A DNA stretch of 64,000 nt, taken from Octopus vulgaris. Its lineage: Eukaryota. How positions within the stretch are numbered: the stretch's first letter is position 1; each line of letters starts with the position of its first letter. The notes below the pieces were generated by a model. It was given only the letters and a program-made list of their open reading frames with translations. It did no database searches and had not been told where the DNA came from. Below, in pieces: positions 24,675 through 37,807 of the stretch. The DNA lies in NCBI GenBank assembly GCA_951406725.2, contig OX597814.1, forward strand, positions 81,406,001 through 81,470,000, in the 5' to 3' direction. The translations under genes and the position numbers were made by a program.

Positions 24675-27059
24675 CAGTGATACCTGGCAGTACGAGTTTA
24701 ATTCGTTCCATGACCCACAAAACCAGACCAAGAATGCATACAAACATACGCATAACCCACACACATGCGCGCGCACACAGACTTACATGAAAAGGTACAC
24801 ACACTTTAAAATATCTTGCAATGGTTAGTAACATAGAAACAAGGACTAAAATATAATTAATCCGTTCCAGCCCCACAAAACCACCCAAAATTAATTTTTT
24901 ATGGGTTTTAAAACAGAAAGGTGTAGTTACAAGTAAAATAACAATTATAAAAAAGAGAGTGCAAAAGAAATTTATAAAATGGTTTTTTAACTGAATTACC
25001 TTAAAGATTTGTGTGCGAGGAAGGCGATAGAGAGGGGAGAAGGAGGATTACTGTTTGGAAGGAGAATCTCCTTCCATTAAGACTTCATGAGAAACAATTT
25101 CTGGGGTCTTCTCTCTCACTCCGCTTGATTTAAGCTTTTTGGACACACTTTCTTTTTATACTTGCAGGTCGTTTCATTAGAAACCTATCAAGAGAAGTCT
25201 GCTTTTTCCTGCCTTTCAAAATGGTACGAAAATGTGCCAGAAGCAGTGTCAGTAAATAAAGCAGCTGCACTACCTGTAGCTACTTTTTCAGGATGATATT
25301 TTTCTACACATTCAGAAACATACTACCACTTTGCCAACACTGCCTTTATGTTACTCATAGTGATAGCATTCTCCGCTACACTATCAGGCTATATCGATGA
25401 TTTTCAGGCAGTTTACAGTGTTGTAGTACTCCTTTCAAAACTCACGAAGGGTTAGATTTGTATTTTCGGTGACTTCAAAGCACCGACGAAACAGTTGTTT
25501 GGTGTACAATTTCTTAAAATTAGAAGTCATTTGCTGTAAGATAGTGGTGGTGTTGCATGAAAGGTACATAACTTTTATAAATTTTAATTCGTCCAGGATA
25601 TCATCTCCGAGGTTAGGAGGGTGATGAGGAGGGCCTTGAGAGGAAGATTGTTCTCCAGGAGATATTTTTTCACTGCTAGTCCGAAGACAAGGTTGACCCA
25701 ATCGGAGAAAAATTGCCTGTAACCTAGGCTTTAAAGTTTGCCTTCCACATAACCTACAGCTTCTTCTTCAGGATTTTGTACGACCTGATCGCTCGTGCAT
25801 TTTTTGGAATGGTAGACAACGTACAGCTTAATCTTCAAGTTTCCACTCGCATTGGCACAAAGGGCGAGAGTTAGCATAGGCTTAGGCTTGTGGTCTGGCA
25901 TTTTCTTTTTCTCTGTAGTTATGTAGATTCTACAAAATATTTTTTTTTTTAAATGCCAGTTTCATCACAGTTGAATACCTTAAGTGCGATGTACCCCTCA
26001 ACTACGATGAGCTGACGGAATCCGCAGCTGCTTTCATGTCAGAACTCGCTGCTTCTTCAAGCCTGACAACACTATGAATACCTATTTCTTTATTACCCAC
26101 AAGGGGCTAAACACAGAGGGGACAAACATGGACAGACATGGGTATTAAGTCGATTACATCGACCCCAGAGCGTAACGGGTACTTAATTTATCGACCTCGA
26201 AAGGATGAAAGGCAAAGTCGACCTCGGCGGAATTTGAACTTAGAACGCAGCGGCGGACGAAATACCGCAAAGTATTTCGCCCAGCGTGCTAACGATTCTG
26301 CCAGCTCGCCGCCTTAAACACTATGAACACCAGTTCTCTTCTTGAAATTATCTAACCAGCTGCGAGTGGCCTTATATATGTTTGCTGATGTCTCCTCCAT
26401 TGATGTTCAAGGGTTCTGCTTCAGAAGATCACCATACAGTGCTCATGCTTTCTTGAAAATGATGATCTCAGTAATCATATCATCTGCAAGTTGCTTCTCG
26501 CTGATCCATAGGAGAAGCAATTTTTCCATCCTTTAGGGGACAGATGTGCGTTGCTTAGAGAGCCTGAAGACACCCTTTGATCTCGTCCTTTTTCTTCGGG
26601 ATGATGCAGATTGTCGACGTGCTTCGGTCGTATTGACGTGTTATGTCCACTACACGCACTCCTCTTTCATGTTTATCAATGATTTCCTTCTTCAGTTCTA
26701 TCGTAATCAGCTTTTTATTCTTCTCAGCACTGTCCTTTGCACTAACATTCTTAGGACCCATGGCTAACACAACTAATTATTATAGAATAATAGCGAAAAA
26801 TTCACAAAACTAAACAAAAACACTGGAAAAAACACAACAGGGATGCTGCTACAACGAGGTAAGCACGTGAACTGAGCGAACGGAGACTGCGCTTGTTGGG
26901 AGAGCATGTGCGAGCTCAGCGCCGACTAGAGGTCGCTTGTATAAAAACTCGCTCGAATTTCGGATTTCTACTTGCACTTCAAATCAAAAATTCGCACGAG
27001 CCTTGCTCGTACAGCAAATTACTCGTACAATGGTGCACTAGTACTGCGAGGTTCTACTG
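24675..27059 (-). mobile_element. Tigger/pogo DNA transposon (TIGD1-like transposase pseudogene)
   Basis: TA|cagtgatacct ... aggttctactg|TA termini; ORF 26555-26770 (MGPKNVS..ITIELKKEIIDKHERGVRVVDITRQY) is a CENP-B/psq HTH; decayed DDE region at 25.4-26.0 kb. Confidence 0.85.
26083..26316 (-). mobile_element. SINE family B, young copy inserted in the Tigger element
   Basis: CpGs intact; TSD aacactatgaa(t/c)acc on both sides. Confidence 0.85.
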
Positions 27060-27284
27060 TACTTGTGGGCACACTGTATTTCGTTATGCAATCATAATAT
27101 ACTACAAATTATATTAAACGCTTTATAGGTCATTACTGTGTTCTGTCGTGTAAGCAATGCTATTAAATCCCTTTTTAAGGTTATCTCTTCAGATTTTTAT
27201 AGAAGTAATTAATATGCACGTTCCAGCTGCCAGGAATGTGTTTAATATGTAAAATTAGTATATCCAATAATGTTACACTACTAC

Positions 27285-27606
27285 AAAGGGTAAAGATCCC
27301 CTTCGTTCATGAATGACCATGATACTGCACCTATAAAGTTACCCTCCGAGGCACAAGTCCAGACAAGGTTGTTTATGGAATATCAGCAGTCGCCCATGCA
27401 TACCATGCCAGCGATGTTAACCAAGGGAAAGGCAAAACTCGATACAGCTTGGCATCAGTGACGTCACAGCTCCTCTCTACAGCTGAGTGAACTGGAGCAA
27501 TGTGTAATTAAGTGTCTTACTCAAGAACACCACACACAGCCCGGTCCTGGAATCGAACTCACTACCTCATGATTGTGAGCCCGGCGTTCTAACCACTGAG
27601 CCATGT
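27285..27606 (-). mobile_element. tRNA-derived SINE, family C
   Basis: Minus head TGGCTCAGTGGTTAGAACG..GAGTTCGATTCC, then gtgttcttgagtaagacact (CORE/V-like domain). A decayed relative lies at ~53200-53345. Confidence 0.75.
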
Positions 27607-28779
27607 ACCCGCTATATTCAGTAGCTGTTTGAGCCATGAGTTCGTGGATGGTTAATGGGTTGGATGTGCTGCTGAAGAAAGGCCAGGAACTCCTAAAATA
27701 TGTATATACACCCATTACCTATTTTCCCATCTTCGGCTGCATTGGTGTTTACATTAGATGTAATTGAATACGAAACGTCGTAACAAAATCGGTGTTGGCT
27801 ATAACTTCCATATAAAATCTGTAGTGATAGCCTTAAAAACTTGTTTATATATCACTGTTACTAAGCATTGGAAAATAATTTAAAGTATGTGTGTATATGT
27901 ACATCGGTATGACTGTGTTTGCTATGGTGCGTATACACAAGTGAGTACGTTTGTGGACATGCGTTTAAATACACATGTATGTATACGTTGGCGTATACTT
28001 GGTTTCGAGATGTTTCGGGATTATAAAATTTGGTGATTGTAGATTCACTTCCAGCTTTTCAAGATATAGAAATGAACGAATATTTTTAGATTACGAAAAT
28101 CTAACCAGTTATTACGTCATAATAAAAACATTTCAAAAGCGAGAAGCTTCAACATCTTTAAGGAAAATACCTTTGATTATTCACATAATGTCCATTTCAG
28201 TATTCAAATAAATATCTAGCGGTTCTCGTAGAAATGTCATGGCTGCTTTACGTAGTGAAATATCAGCCATAAAAATTTCACCAGTCGATAATAATACCCT
28301 GCCATTCCATTCATGAGGCTTTCATTCATTTCTTACTACTTAGAAAAAAGTATTGCTCTGAAGAAAAAAAACGTATTGCAGACCAGGTTACAAAATCTGG
28401 TAACTTACCATTCCCGTTTCAGCAGCAGTTCAAGGTTTCACCTTGATACTGTAAACCACATTACTATAAGGACATTTTAAATTCATTACTCCAATACCAC
28501 ACCCATGTCTCATATCTCATCGTCATCGCCACACCAAGGTCTCACATAAGAATCTCTCTGGCATTGTTATCTAAACAAGAGAGCTTTTCAAACTAATTAG
28601 CTGATCGAGTTTTTCAAAGAACAAACGCTGCTGCTAGATCATCTTTCACTTAAAAGCACTGACAAGAAAATTTTATTCTACGTTGCCTCATGAAAATACA
28701 CAAAATATAGGAAAATTCTTATCTACACAACGCCTGAAATATATACATAAGAGATGAGAAAAACAAGAAAAGATGAGAA

Positions 28780-28995
28780 GTCGGTGAGCTGGCAGAACCG
28801 TTAGAACAACGGACTAAATGCTTAGTGGTATTTCGTCCGTCTTTATGACCTAAGTTCAAATTCCTCCAAGGTCGACTTTGCCTTTAACCTTTCAGGATCG
28901 ATAAAATAAGTACCAGTTGAACACTGGAGTCGATTTAATCGACTTACCCCTCCCCTAAAATTGCTGGCCTTGTGATAAAAATTTGAAACCAATAT
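28780..28995 (+). mobile_element. SINE family B
   Basis: gagctggcagaaccgttag..ggtcgactttgccttt..gataaaataagtaccag..atttgaaaccaat. Confidence 0.8.
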
Positions 28996-29401
28996 TCACA
29001 TAGAGTAAACCAGTGGCTCCCAGTAAAGGGCCAAGGCACATTTTTTATGAACCGTGTGAAAAATAGGTCATTTGAGATCCGCAGAAGTCCTAGGGAAATG
29101 TAACAGTCCGTGTAATTCCGCTTGCCTGAATACTCTCTTCTTTTTGCTTTTATTTGCTGACTGCATTATCCATCTGCCATATTCTTCAGTGAAAATCTGT
29201 GTTGTCTTAGTTTTAATTCACAAAATATAGTTCATGTAATTCTGATGTTGATATCCGCTCAAATATTAAAGATATGATAATTGAATAAGATTAAATTGGG
29301 AAAATGCGACCATTACTATGTCATAATAGAAATATTGAAACAACGAAAGGCTTCATCGTCTTTCTCTGTAAGTAAACCGTATTCGCCTACTTATAATATA
29401 T

Positions 29402-29605
29402 TGCGAGCTAGCAGAATCGTTACCGCGCCGGGCAAATTGCTTAGCGGCATTTTGTCCGTCTTTACGTTCTGAGTTCAAATTCTACTGAGATCGACTTCGC
29501 CTTTCATCTTTTTGGGGTCGATAAAATATACCACTTGACCACTGGAGTCAATGCTATCGACTACCCATTCCCCCGAAATTGCTGACTTTGAGCCAAAATT
29601 TGAAG
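29402..29605 (+). mobile_element. SINE family B
   Basis: gcgagctagcagaatcgtta..gttctgagttcaaat..gcctttcatc..ggggtcgataaaa. Confidence 0.8.
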
Positions 29606-29809
29606 CTATATTTTTAAAAAAACTATCAGTACTGCGCGAAAATCCTACGACCCATATTTCTGCTACAGTATCAGCTATGTTTTCCTGTCAGTAGTAATAT
29701 TCTGTCATCCATTCATAATGATGAATTTCTTGCTGCTTTTTTTTTTTTTTAAGTATTGCATTGATTTAGTAAATAGGTACACTATAGTTTGACTTCACAG
29801 ATTAGTCTG

Positions 29810-30390
29810 CCAAATCTGATAGCTTAAGTTTGCCGTTTTGGCAGCATCTAAGGCTTCACATCTCAGAACTACATTACTCCACAATAAGGACATGTCATAC
29901 TCATTACTCCGATGCTAAATGGCTCCTCGTGATTATTTACTGCTATCCTTCCAACACATGCACAGTTTTCTCCTGCTTGAATATTCTTGTTCATTGTATC
30001 CTCTTCGTTCATGTTTCCTTTCCAAGCCTAAAACCTGTTCCACATCTGTTCTGGATATCCTTCTCCATTCTCTTCGGTAATATTTTCTCTTCTATCCGGA
30101 ATTTTCTTTCTGTCATGTACTAAATATTCTTTCCTATCAGCGTCGTTCATATTTTGTCTTCGTTCTTGATTAGCAATCCTCATTCTTTTTCAGTTAGCTT
30201 CATCTTCCTTCTTCATTCATTATACGACACATTTTAGCCGCATTTCTTGCATTAATTTCATACTTTTCCTTCTGTGTTAACATTTCTCATTGTTCCCGAT
30301 TCCTCTCGCTATTACTAATTCTTATTTCTTTCCTTTGTCTTTTCAGCAAACATTCCTTGTATGTTTATTCTCACTCTCTCTCTCTCCTTC
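29810..30390 (-). pseudogene. Helitron-derived coiled-coil/Cys-motif ORF remnant
   Basis: Minus strand translates as NHEEPFSIGVMSMTCPYCGVM*...EAL/CCQNGKLKLSDLA, the clearest match to the Helitron CxxC...CCxxGK motif. Confidence 0.75.
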
Positions 30391-31129
30391 TATAGTCCCC
30401 TACGAACATGGACTGTTACGACGCGCCAAACTCCGTTTCAATGATTTAATAATTTAAGAATCACTGTTACATATTTGGTAAAATTGTTCTTTTGTTGTGT
30501 CTGGGAAGAGTCATTTTCTTTTTGTGCCTTATAATTTAACACACTCACTGGTAAAATTTCCACTTATTCCTTATTTTCCCAAAATTTTCGTTGCGTCTTG
30601 CAACCTTTTCAATAGTCTTGACTCTTGTATCTTTGACATAGCTTTAGACATATTTTAAATACGAAATTAGAAATATGGATAATGATACATATCGTACGGG
30701 TTTGTTTCGTTTTTTTTATATTCAACTGTCTTTTGCAAAGATAATTCTTGTTTATATGTTCCTAAGAATTGCGAAACGTATATGTATGCATGTAAATGTG
30801 TGTTGTCAAACTTTTTTAATGCGTGTGTACGTATTCATTGTGTTTGCTGTGGTTAATTGTATACTCTAACAGTAAATCTATGTCAGTTCTGTGCGCGCGT
30901 ACATGCACAAGCGCGCTAGAGAGGGTTTGTGTGTCCTACCATTACAATCAACAGTTACATCCCTTAGCGTTCCACATCTCATCTGAGCGAGGAAAATGAA
31001 TGTTAATATCGAGATACTCATTGCATGAAGTCCTAACGTAATATTTCTCTACTTAAAAAAGTTTAGATTCTAGTTATCACAAATATAAAAATATACTAAT
31101 AGCAAGAACTAAATCATCAGACAAAATGT

Positions 31130-31390
31130 TCACCCATCTTCTTCACCCGCTATTCCTGACAGTCTCATATAGCAACAGAGTCCTCGGGCACTTCTTCCAT
31201 GCAGTCCTATCAGAAGCACACGTCATTAGATTTTCCAGGTAGATTCCCAAGCATGACCAACTAAGACTACGGATATTTCCCAACGGTTTCGTTCTTGTTC
31301 TACCCCGTGTTCCTGTAGGTTGGCTCAGTTTAAAGAATCCAGGGCCATTCGAATCACTTGTCCATAATACCGGAGTTGTGACCTCTCAAT
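31130..31390 (-). mobile_element. RTE-like LINE 3' remnant
   Basis: Minus strand PTGTRGRTRTKPLGNIRSLSWSCLGI..ASDRTAWKK (cf. GxRxRGRPRxxW..DRxxWR). Confidence 0.55.
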
Positions 31391-31689
31391 GCAGAAAGGA
31401 ACCTACCTTCAATTACACACGAACCTCCTGTTGAACTTGCAGCGTATATATTTATGTAAAGATAGATATTGTTGGGGTTTTCTATGCATTGTCGAGTTTC
31501 TGTCAATCCTTTCCACCAGTTTGACCTGATGTCGACAGTTCAGTTGCTGATCGTATAATCGCTTGCATGTTATAGAATTGCAACCCATGAGGAGGATGTC
31601 ATCGAACTCTTCAGTCTTCCATATCGCGGTGGTGGGTGGGGCGGGGTTCAAGGCCAATAGATTGTTCTGTAACTTCTTTCTTGACAGCA

Positions 31690-31995
31690 ACACCCTAAAA
31701 AGCAACGATTGTATAGAAGTCTTCCTACCATCACCTCGGTAGTCAAAGAAAAAAGAACAGGTTATGTAGGAGACTGCTGGAGAGGCAAGGATGAAATATC
31801 CAACGATCTCTTTCACTGGAAACCTACACATAAACATACAGATATCAGCAGACCAAGAAGGATATATATTGACCAACTCGTGGACGACATTGGGCATCAA
31901 TCTGAGGATATGAAAATCGCTATGGAAGATCGGGACATTTGGCATGGAAGAGTTGCAGTGGTTCAGGTAAGTCGCCCCACTGGATAGATACAAAA
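31690..31995 (+). mobile_element. RTE/RTE-X LINE 3' remnant
   Basis: ORF 31709-31987: GYVGDCWRGKDEISNDLFHWKPTH..SRPRRIYIDQLVDD..AMEDRDIW. Confidence 0.75.
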
Positions 31996-33887
31996 ACACT
32001 AACCAATTTCAAAATTTAGAATTTTATTAGGAGTTTTTCTCCGATATCAAATAATAATTTAACATTTTTACAACCACCACCACTTTAACTTAACCCTAAC
32101 GCAATTCTTAAATTTTTATCAAAGCCTACGTTCTAAGTCTTCACATGAATCATAAATCCTAACACAAATACTACACATTCACCCACATCCTGACGTACAC
32201 CCTACACATTCACCTAAATTCAAAAATCAAATTATTTCCTTTTAAACTTAATTTGTTTCTTTACTTAATAATATTGCCTTAGCTTAATCAATTATGCACT
32301 CGTGTCAGTGATTTAGACCTTCCTTTTCACCAAATTCTATGCATTTCTGAGCATCATTTTGGGTTAGTTATTAATTCAATTGTTAAGAACACTAAAGCCC
32401 CACTTTTTTTTAATGTGTAGAATAATTAATAGCACGTTCAATGATTTTCACTGACTTCATGAAACTCAATTGTCTTTCTTGATAATGATGTAAATTCATC
32501 TAGAATGTCGATCAATAATGCCAAAACACTATAAATACTTTGTTGCTCAACTTTCTCCTTATCAGAAAACTTAACTTTGGAGAAAATCATATAAATAGCT
32601 GTATAAATCCTCTGTAATGCACTAGCAGATTTACAATTACAGGATTTGAAACACGGATTATTTTGGATGTTTTATGCTGTTGGTTAAAAGTGATGAAAAA
32701 CAGCAAAAATTTTGCCCACCCCACCAAATCATGAAATAGTCTATTTAATTGATGTCATTTGTAACATCACATCATCTAAACCACTGGAGTGTTCAGATAA
32801 CGTAACAGTATATAAAGATAATTGCAGAATTGCTGTGTTGCATACCAACACGAAACTCTGCATGTACCTCGATTAATTCAAGAATTTTCTAACGTTATGA
32901 TTTGGCAATGTTCAAGTCATCAATTACTATTTATTTTAGATTTTATAAATGAAATCAATGAAATCGGACATTTCAAGACTCCACGAACCTCAAGATAATT
33001 GCCGTGTCAACTAATCTCCTTCACACTAAGTAATATCCTCCATACACTCTACCTATTCACATAATAGCAAAACTGTCTCTCTTATAAACATCAGGACACT
33101 ATTCTCGATTCTCAGACACTTCCTTGGTGTACACGTGTATGTGTATAGGCTATAGTAGAATCCGAAAAAACACTAACAAAATGCATTTTTTTATCAATAA
33201 TTGGGGAATAAATGTTAAAGTCAACACTTGTGAGGTTTTAAACAGCATGTCAGCAAACTGGCAGTCTTAACAATGACGGAAAAAATTCCTTGCGTTATTC
33301 ATTTCAGTACCCCGCATTCTGAGTTCCCCATGAACAACTTTGCTATTCACCCTTCCGTAGTTAATAAATAGTGAAGTCACTGGCAGGAATATTAAAACGT
33401 CTGAAGAGATGCTTTTCAGTATTTATTTTGGCTCTATGTTCTGAGTTCAAATCCCACTGCGACTAACATGGATGATAGACTTAATACGTCACCCGGTTTA
33501 AGAACACTGCCTGACTCTTGAGTGACATTAGTGGAGTCCATTCTGTTGCAAGCATTCATTTCAGATCTTCGGTTTGGGCACATCTTCCCAATGCGTCTCA
33601 CCAGTCACCAAAGCCCTTTAATGGATCATAGGCACTGCCCTTACCTTCTGACTGAAAACTTTTTAATGTTTTATGTATAGGACGAAATTTTAACTTTAAA
33701 AGAAAAACACTCAAAACCAGAGGTTGTATTAAGCACTAAATATAAAGCCTGAACCTTAACGTTATGGATTTACAGGATCACCAATCGCAATGGAGAAAAT
33801 GTAAAACACTTGCATAGATCCTACGATCCAACTACTCTGTACTTTTTACTGAAAGTTTGGGGAAGCTGGAAGTTATAATAAAATAAT

Positions 33888-34095
33888 GTTTTCAAATTTT
33901 GGCTTAAGACCAGCAATTTTAAGGGAAAGGTAAGTCGATTACATCGATACTAATGCTGAACTGGTACGTATTTTATTGACCTCGACCTGATAAAAAGCAA
34001 AGTCGATTTCAGCGGAATTTTAACTCAGAACCAGCAGAAATGCGACTCTGCATTTTGTCCGACTCACTAACGATTCTGTCAGCTCATCACCTTAA
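33888..34095 (-). mobile_element. SINE family B
   Basis: gtaagtcgattacatcga..ctggtac..aaagcaaagtcga..ctaacgattctgtcagctc. Confidence 0.7.
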
Positions 34096-34794
34096 GATTA
34101 TAGTAAAATAATAGAAGGTATATTAGAAACACGTCTACTATATCTGGAAAACAACTGTGCAGCAAACTTAGCTGACATACATCCGTCACTATTTGCAGCA
34201 GTCGATAAACAATAAACAATCAACTGGGCTGCCATGATAAGGCCTGCCTACACAATTTCATCAGTTTTTCATTCATCTTTTTTCAGAACTTAAACAGCCG
34301 AGTATTTTCAATATAACTTTAGATTATCAACTTGTAATTAACATATCTGTATAGTTTGCACTCTTTTTGTAGATAAAACCCTTCCAGTTTATGTCAGTAA
34401 AATCAATCACAATAAACTATGCAGATACCGGTACTTCCGTAAACACTTAAAGACTGACTGGGAAAGACTTTTGGAAAGATTCAGATTGACACTTCCTTCA
34501 CAGCAGCACTCTGTGGCTGAAACATTAATCTCCAGTAACCGAAAACTCTGCCATAACTCAAACTGTTAACGCTTTAGTATTCAGATTACTTTGTCAAATG
34601 TAATGCTTATTTATTCACGTTATTTTGAATTAGTCATGCATTATCTCAGAACTGTGAGACTTTCGTGATGTGACACTTTACTTTGGGAATGATATTGTTG
34701 GAAAGGTGTAAGAGGCTAGACCTAATGGTTTGAACATAAAGGAAGAAGAATATTTAGGCCAGATATGGCCGGTTTGAATGCTAAAAGGTAACGA

Positions 34795-35300
34795 AGTAAA
34801 CCTGACAGTAGCTTTAAGTTGACAGCGGTAGTATATGCTAAGTCATCCAATAACTGTGCTGCTGTAAACGAATTCAGTGTAATCGCGAACATGCTAAGAG
34901 TTTGCTAATTGATGGAAAAGTTACTAAAGACTATACATAGTACTAAACGTGCAATGAGAGGATGCGCAGCAGATTGACCGATTGTAAAGAAGCATGCAGC
35001 AGACATAGTTCATGAGCAGTATCAAAATAGATTTGTTGATTCAAGAAACCAAATACGCATTTTCTTGCACTTAAGTGAGCTAAAGCCAACCAAGAGCATA
35101 GCAAAGACTTCAAATCCTTCAATTTATGGCGAGTATCTAGGGCTGAGTTTTAAAAAAAACAGTACAGAAGTTACCAACAGATCTTGACATTAAAATTACT
35201 ACCATCGTTTCGTACATAAAGCAACGCAAGGAAAATGATTATCTATTAAGCAACACTGGAAACCTGAATGAAATGCCTATGAATTTTTAATATGATTGGT
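34795..35300 (+). pseudogene. pogo-family transposase remnant
   Basis: DSSFKLTAVVYAKSSNNCAAVNEFSV (Brinker-type HTH) and QKLPTDLDIKIT..KQRKENDYLLSNTGNLNEMPMNF, read across frameshifts. Confidence 0.65.
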
Positions 35301-35869
35301 TTTTGTGTCTGGGAATCTTCAGAAATTGGTGGATAGATGAAAAAAGAGTAAAGTGGAGGTGATTTGATGGTTTTCAAAATCAGCGAAGCGTCTCGGTATA
35401 ACATATGTCCCGGTGTCTTAAAACTAAAGTTACCGACTGTCCTTTTTCAGAGAAAGGAATCCTATTTATTTTTTCCAAATTTTTCTACCTCCTACCCAAC
35501 CACCACTAATTCACTATGTTTAGAAAGGAAATTATATGTTCTTTTGATGAAATTTCATTCCAAGCATAATATATGAAGGCAAGACGTAGGAAAACACTCC
35601 TAAATTGAAGATGCTCTCGGAATAAAACCCAAGCAAACCAAATATGGCATACATCAAGAACAAAGTTCTATCAAAAAAACAATATTCAAATTTTCACATT
35701 ATCTATTCATGAGCTAATTATAAATTCAAAACTAAAGCTTTTAATATATTTCAACTCAAGAGATAAATGTTTAAATTTTTCAGGGAAAAAATATTTTTAA
35801 AAAAGTACTCTTGCTGAAATACGTAAAACATGAAAAAAGAAAATACAATTTTAAAAATTAAAGTTATTA

Positions 35870-36165
35870 TATCTTCTGTAAGGTATCTTCTGTAAGATCA
35901 GGGCGATTATTTCCTGGTGTCCAGTCATCTTAGTTGAATGACCAGTTGGGATTGATCCATATTTGTTGCTGTTGTTAGAAGTACACATTTTAAGTTCTGC
36001 TTAGAACTGTCTACCAAAAACTGCCATTCTCTTGGTACATATTCTGATATTTCCACTTTCAAAAGCATTGAACATTGTTGCAAAAAACGAAATCATTTTC
36101 TTCCAAAAAGGGCAGTAAATCCGTTTCTCTTTTGCAATAGCATGTGATTTCGGTAAATTGTATTA
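35870..36165 (-). pseudogene. DNA transposase remnant, probably Chapaev3-like (CMC)
   Basis: Minus strand ..DFVFCNNVQ..EYVPREWQFLVDSSKQNLKCVLL..NKYGSIPTGHSTKM resembles the WRLFIDSSKxSLKAVLLHNGN motif; the family assignment is from memory. Confidence 0.6.
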
Positions 36166-36389
36166 TCTTAAAATCCAAAGCTGCTAGAAACAAATGAAAG
36201 TTATAATCTTATTCAGTTGCGTGAATATATTCAGAATTGGGTCGAAAATTTGAGGGAGCAAAGGACTCTTTTTTAAATTTGTTTCTCTGTGTACACTTGA
36301 AATTTGAACTTCCACTGTTTAATTTGCATTTAAAATATTGTGACTGAGTGATATATATATGTGTGTGTGTGTGTGTGTGTCATGTAAGT

Positions 36390-36733
36390 GGAGGCGCAAT
36401 GGCCCAGTGGTTACAGCAGCGAACTTGCGATCGTAGGATCCTGGTTTCGATTCCCAGACCGGGCGTTGTGAGTGTTTATTGAGCGAAAACACCTAAAGCT
36501 CCACGAGGCTCCGGCAGGGTTGGTGGCGTACCCTGATGTGCCCTTTGTCTCACTCTTTCTTCCTGTTTTTGTTGTACCTGTATTTTGAAGTCACGCTTCT
36601 CCCCCGAGAACTACGTTAAGGGTACACGTGTCTGTGAAGTGCTCAACCACTTGCACGTTAATTTCATGAGCAGGCTGTTCCGTTGATCGTATCAACTGGA
36701 ACCCACGTCGTCGGAACCGACGGAGTGCCACGT
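36390..36733 (+). mobile_element. tRNA-derived SINE, family D
   Basis: Head ggaggcgcaatggcccagtggtta..ggtttcgattccc with A and B boxes; no full cloverleaf; unique body ending in acggagtgccac. Confidence 0.75.
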
Positions 36734-37807
36734 ACATCATGTAAATAAATATATTCAAATGATATATCACCTTTACCACCCATATTGTAATGAAACATAC
36801 CTAGTAGTGTATTGAAATATATAAACTACTGTTCTGCAGAATAAACGAGACTAAAGAACGATGTAAGCAATTTAAGCATAATTCTACAGGATAGTCTCGG
36901 GAAGTAAGACTAAGTTTACAAACTGAAGAAAATAAACCATCACTAGTGATTATTTACGCTACAACAACTTGACACATTTGATGAATATTATTATGGTAGA
37001 AAATTAAGTGTTTTGCCATTACTTGAAATGAATTATCTAAATTTTAGTAAAGAAGACTGCGGTTGCTCGACAGTGTGTTTGACTGTATCGTACTACTGGT
37101 CATTGAAGTAGTTGTTAAAGGGCTATTAAAGCAGAAAATTTCCACAGTGCCACGAGTGGCGTACCTAGCACAAGTTCCGTCCGGGGCGGATGTTTATTTG
37201 GCCGCCCCTTAAAAGTTCTAATAACACTTCAAAACGCCAAAAACTGAATAATACAGGTATATATGTATGCAAAATAAAAAGTTAAACTGTAGCAACTATT
37301 TATTTCCCTCCGATTTACTTTTGTTTATACACAAAAAGTAATAGGAAAAATATGTTAAAGAACAGAAGATGAGTGAATTACAAAAATAAATGATTTACAA
37401 ATTGATTTTGCGTCCCTTCCTCTTCGCGAAATCTTGACTGACTTCATCAAAATTAATTTTATCCGCAAGGTCGCGCTCTATGGATAGTATTGCCAAATCA
37501 ATCAACCTTATTTGACTTACCGTTGACCTGGGGTGATTTTTGATGAGCGTTAGTTTAGTAAAGGACCGTTCGCAGTTAGCAACACTGATGGCACGAATTA
37601 GGAATACTCTCAAAAGTATTACAATATTTGGCAATGAATCAGTAAGATTATATTTCTGAATAAACTGAACTTGCAAAGGCCCTTCCATGTCTTCAGTGTC
37701 AGCAGCCTCCAAATAATTTTGCAGTCTTGCCCTTTCAACCAGAAAGTTTTCACTCTCAGTATTCTCATCAAAAGCATCTGCATCACAATTATACTCTTTA
37801 TCTAACA

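Larger units (their letters stand above)
30..30900. repeat. Degenerate tandem/inverted array of a Helitron-derived unit (~1.5-3 kb modules, ~14 copies of the Cys-motif segment)
   Basis: The same modules recur in conserved order: GT-rich 'tgtgtttgctgtggtgagcg', 'gtcatcatcagttgccgacc', 'tttattacgtcataatagaaacatttcaaaa..gcttcaacatc', 'cagtcgataataatattctgtcatttcatt', 'ccgttttggcagcag..aggcttcaccgtgatactg', 'ttcattgctccaatactaaatggtacctcgtga'. The Cys-motif segment is seen near 3.97, 6.3, 8.8, 9.7, 10.3, 12.9, 16.2, 16.8, 17.5, 20.8, 22.2, 24.4, 28.4 and 29.9 kb. Confidence 0.8.

Noticed and set aside
36390-36470. Possible tRNA gene (also 27535-27606 and other SINE heads)
   Set aside because: A and B boxes are present, but there is no complete acceptor stem or terminator, and each continues into a SINE body.
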